A DNA stretch of 64,000 nucleotides from Longimicrobiales bacterium (GTDB lineage Bacteria; Gemmatimonadota; Gemmatimonadetes; Longimicrobiales; Gaopeijiaceae): assembly GCA_965248195.1 (NCBI GenBank), contig CBDFIQ010000002.1, positions 2,816,001 through 2,880,000 on the forward strand, given 5' to 3'. The first letter of the stretch is position 1. Each line of letters starts with the position of its first letter. The notes under the pieces were generated by a model that worked only from the letters and a program-made list of their open reading frames with translations, made no database searches and was not told the origin of the DNA. Both the position numbers and the translations under genes were made by a program. Below are positions 62,210 to 64,000 of the stretch, piece by piece.

Positions 62210-63457
62210 TCAATCCGGCTTGGATTCGCCGCCCGCGGTGGGTGCTTGCGTACGTAAATACCTCGTCAACGTCAGGTACTCTCGGCTGTCGATGTCCATG
62301 ATTGCGAGCGCCATCTGATAGCCCCCATCCTCTTTGTCATACACACGAACGACTCGGCCGTACGCCTTGACTTCCTGACTATGGCCCGGGAGGTCCAGGG
62401 CGAATTCGACCATCGAGTTCAATGAGAGCGACTCTTTCGCCTTGATACGCAGGCCCCGCTCACTGATGTCCAGCGTTGAAAACGGCAGGCTCTCGTCCTT
62501 CAGGGCGCGGATCTCCCCTTTCAGCTCGACTCGAACCCTCCGGAGGGCGCGGCGATTGGCGCCGTAGACTTGGGCCTGGTTTTTCCCCTTGGCCTTAGCG
62601 GTATACATGGCCCGGTCGGCACAGCGAATAAGAGCCTCGGGCGCCGCAGCGTCCACCGGGTAGGACGCGACCCCCAGACTCATGGTCACCCCGTTCTCCG
62701 ATCGTGACGGAGACAACTCCAGCTCGGCGACCGTGCGGCACACCCGATCTGCGACCCGCCCCGCGTCTTCCTTCGACGTTTCGGGCATGATGAGCACGAA
62801 CTCCTCACCCCCGTACCGCACTGCGACATCCTGGTCTCTTCCGGCCTCCTGGAGAGCTTTACTCACCGCCTGTAAGGCTTCATTACCGGCGTCGTGACCG
62901 AATCGATCGTTGTAGGATTTGAAGTTGTCGAGGTCGCCCATTGCGATTGAAAACTCTCCGGCGCTCCTCTCGCAGCGCTTCACCTCCCACCGGAGGAACT
63001 CCTGGAAGAACCTGAAGTTGTGGAGACCCGTGAGCTCGTCCTTGTACGCAGAGGCGCGAGTCTCTTCAAAGAGCTTGAGCTCGATCACCTTCGGATGCTT
63101 CAGCTTGCGGCTCACCTGGACGAAGTAGCTTACCAGCCCGACTGACAAATCCACCTCGTAGCCCACCGCATCCTCGAGTTCTTTGCGGTGGCGGATCACC
63201 GCAGTCCAGTGTTTCCGGGCCTTTTCCGGCTCGAAACGCATGTGGGTGAGCAGGTAGAGTAATTCGACATACACGACCGGGCCCTCCTGCTCCTCCAACT
63301 CCCGGAGGGCCGCCACGAGAGGCTCGACGCCGAGGTCGTCTCGATACAGAAGACCATAGATGACTTCGACGATCTCCGGCTTCCAAGGCTCGGGGCCGCT
63401 GTCCTCATACACCTGATCCCCGTTTGATCCTGCCACGGCGTCGTCGCTAGAAGACAT
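62210..63457 (-). CDS. Diguanylate cyclase with C-terminal PilZ domain
   Basis: DELTGL, DLDNFK, RDQD I-site, RYGGEEF; RRALRRV and DISERG PilZ motifs. Confidence 0.88.
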   Translation of the reverse strand: MSSSDDAVAGSNGDQVYEDSGPEPWKPEIVEVIYGLLYRDDLGVEPLVAALRELEEQEGPVVYVELLYLLTHMRFEPEKARKHWTAVIRHRKELEDAVGYEVDLSVGLVSYFVQVSRKLKHPKVIELKLFEETRASAYKDELTGLHNFRFFQEFLRWEVKRCERSAGEFSIAMGDLDNFKSYNDRFGHDAGNEALQAVSKALQEAGRDQDVAVRYGGEEFVLIMPETSKEDAGRVADRVCRTVAELELSPSRSENGVTMSLGVASYPVDAAAPEALIRCADRAMYTAKAKGKNQAQVYGANRRALRRVRVELKGEIRALKDESLPFSTLDISERGLRIKAKESLSLNSMVEFALDLPGHSQEVKAYGRVVRVYDKEDGGYQMALAIMDIDSREYLTLTRYLRTQAPTAGGESKPD

Positions 63458-63487
63458 CCATGACCCTCGGGCGGTGCTTATCCAGGA

Positions 63488-64000
63488 TCAACGCGCCGGA
63501 AGCTCGACTCGGCCCAAGGACTTGTCCTCGAGGAGCTGCACTCTGAAGTCGACGACGTAGGGCGCACGGGTCGCCGTATCCGCATCGAGCGGCCGAATTT
63601 CCAGGGTGTGAACCGGCCCGGCCGCCACCGGATAGGTCACGAGTGCGGTGGGGCCGAGCTCTTCTCCGTCCATGAAGACCCTCCCACCCGGTCTGGAATC
63701 GATGGAGATCGTTCCAAAGGGTGTCACCTCCGCCCTCAGAGTGAGTTGCTGGGCAGGAGACAGCGTCTGGCTGGCATCGAAGATACGGACGGTGCGGGGC
63801 GAGAACTCGGACGTGCCAAAAATCTCGATCCGGTGGGCAACCCCCTCCGAAACCACGCGACTCTCGATGGGCGCTGGGCCCAACGTTTCCCCATCGATGA
63901 CCACGATCGTCCGAGATGCGACTGATGCCGGGATCACCTGTATCGTCAATCGTCCAGGACCGCTGGGCACGACGGGTGGGGCTTCCACTCCCACCCGAAA
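63488..64000 (-). CDS. C-terminal part of a PEGA-like domain protein (5' end outside window)
   Basis: Two repeats of GxLxI...IDGE/MDGExLGP. Confidence 0.55.
   Translation of the reverse strand, partial: FRVGVEAPPVVPSGPGRLTIQVIPASVASRTIVVIDGETLGPAPIESRVVSEGVAHRIEIFGTSEFSPRTVRIFDASQTLSPAQQLTLRAEVTPFGTISIDSRPGGRVFMDGEELGPTALVTYPVAAGPVHTLEIRPLDADTATRAPYVVDFRVQLLEDKSLGRVELPAR

Overview
GC-rich bacterial window. The gene content (DUF5916, DUF6644 pair, DUF6152, PadR plus duplicated permease) suggests Gemmatimonadota or Acidobacteriota, but this is inference only. From left to right: (1) a ~16 kb block of secreted and periplasmic redox genes (Tat molybdoenzyme, heme c/copper monooxygenase-like protein, PETase/cutinase-like lipoprotein, broken PQQ dehydrogenase, three cytochrome c'-like proteins, DUF6644 pair, SLC13 permease, tandem 'PDLxG...CHEGN' paralogs, DUF6152). 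(2) A complete his operon with an unannotated His-rich attenuator leader and three fusions (hisC-HAD, hisHF, hisA-I-E). (3) A second heme c/Cu monooxygenase-like gene. (4) A double-glycine peptide locus: two C-x29-C-x6 precursors, ABC pair, broken C39 transporter and a Yip1-like protein. (5) A RoxA-like diheme protein and a shared 47-bp triple-TACGTA upstream motif. (6) A 20 kb pfaD-pfaA-pfaBC-oleABCD-PPTase operon. (7) DUF1326, PadR/permease, aroF, GGDEF-PilZ and a partial PEGA-like gene. Several genes carry single-base indels, which may be decay or long-read error. No rRNA, tRNA, CRISPR array or transposase was recognised. All family calls are from motif recognition, not database searches.
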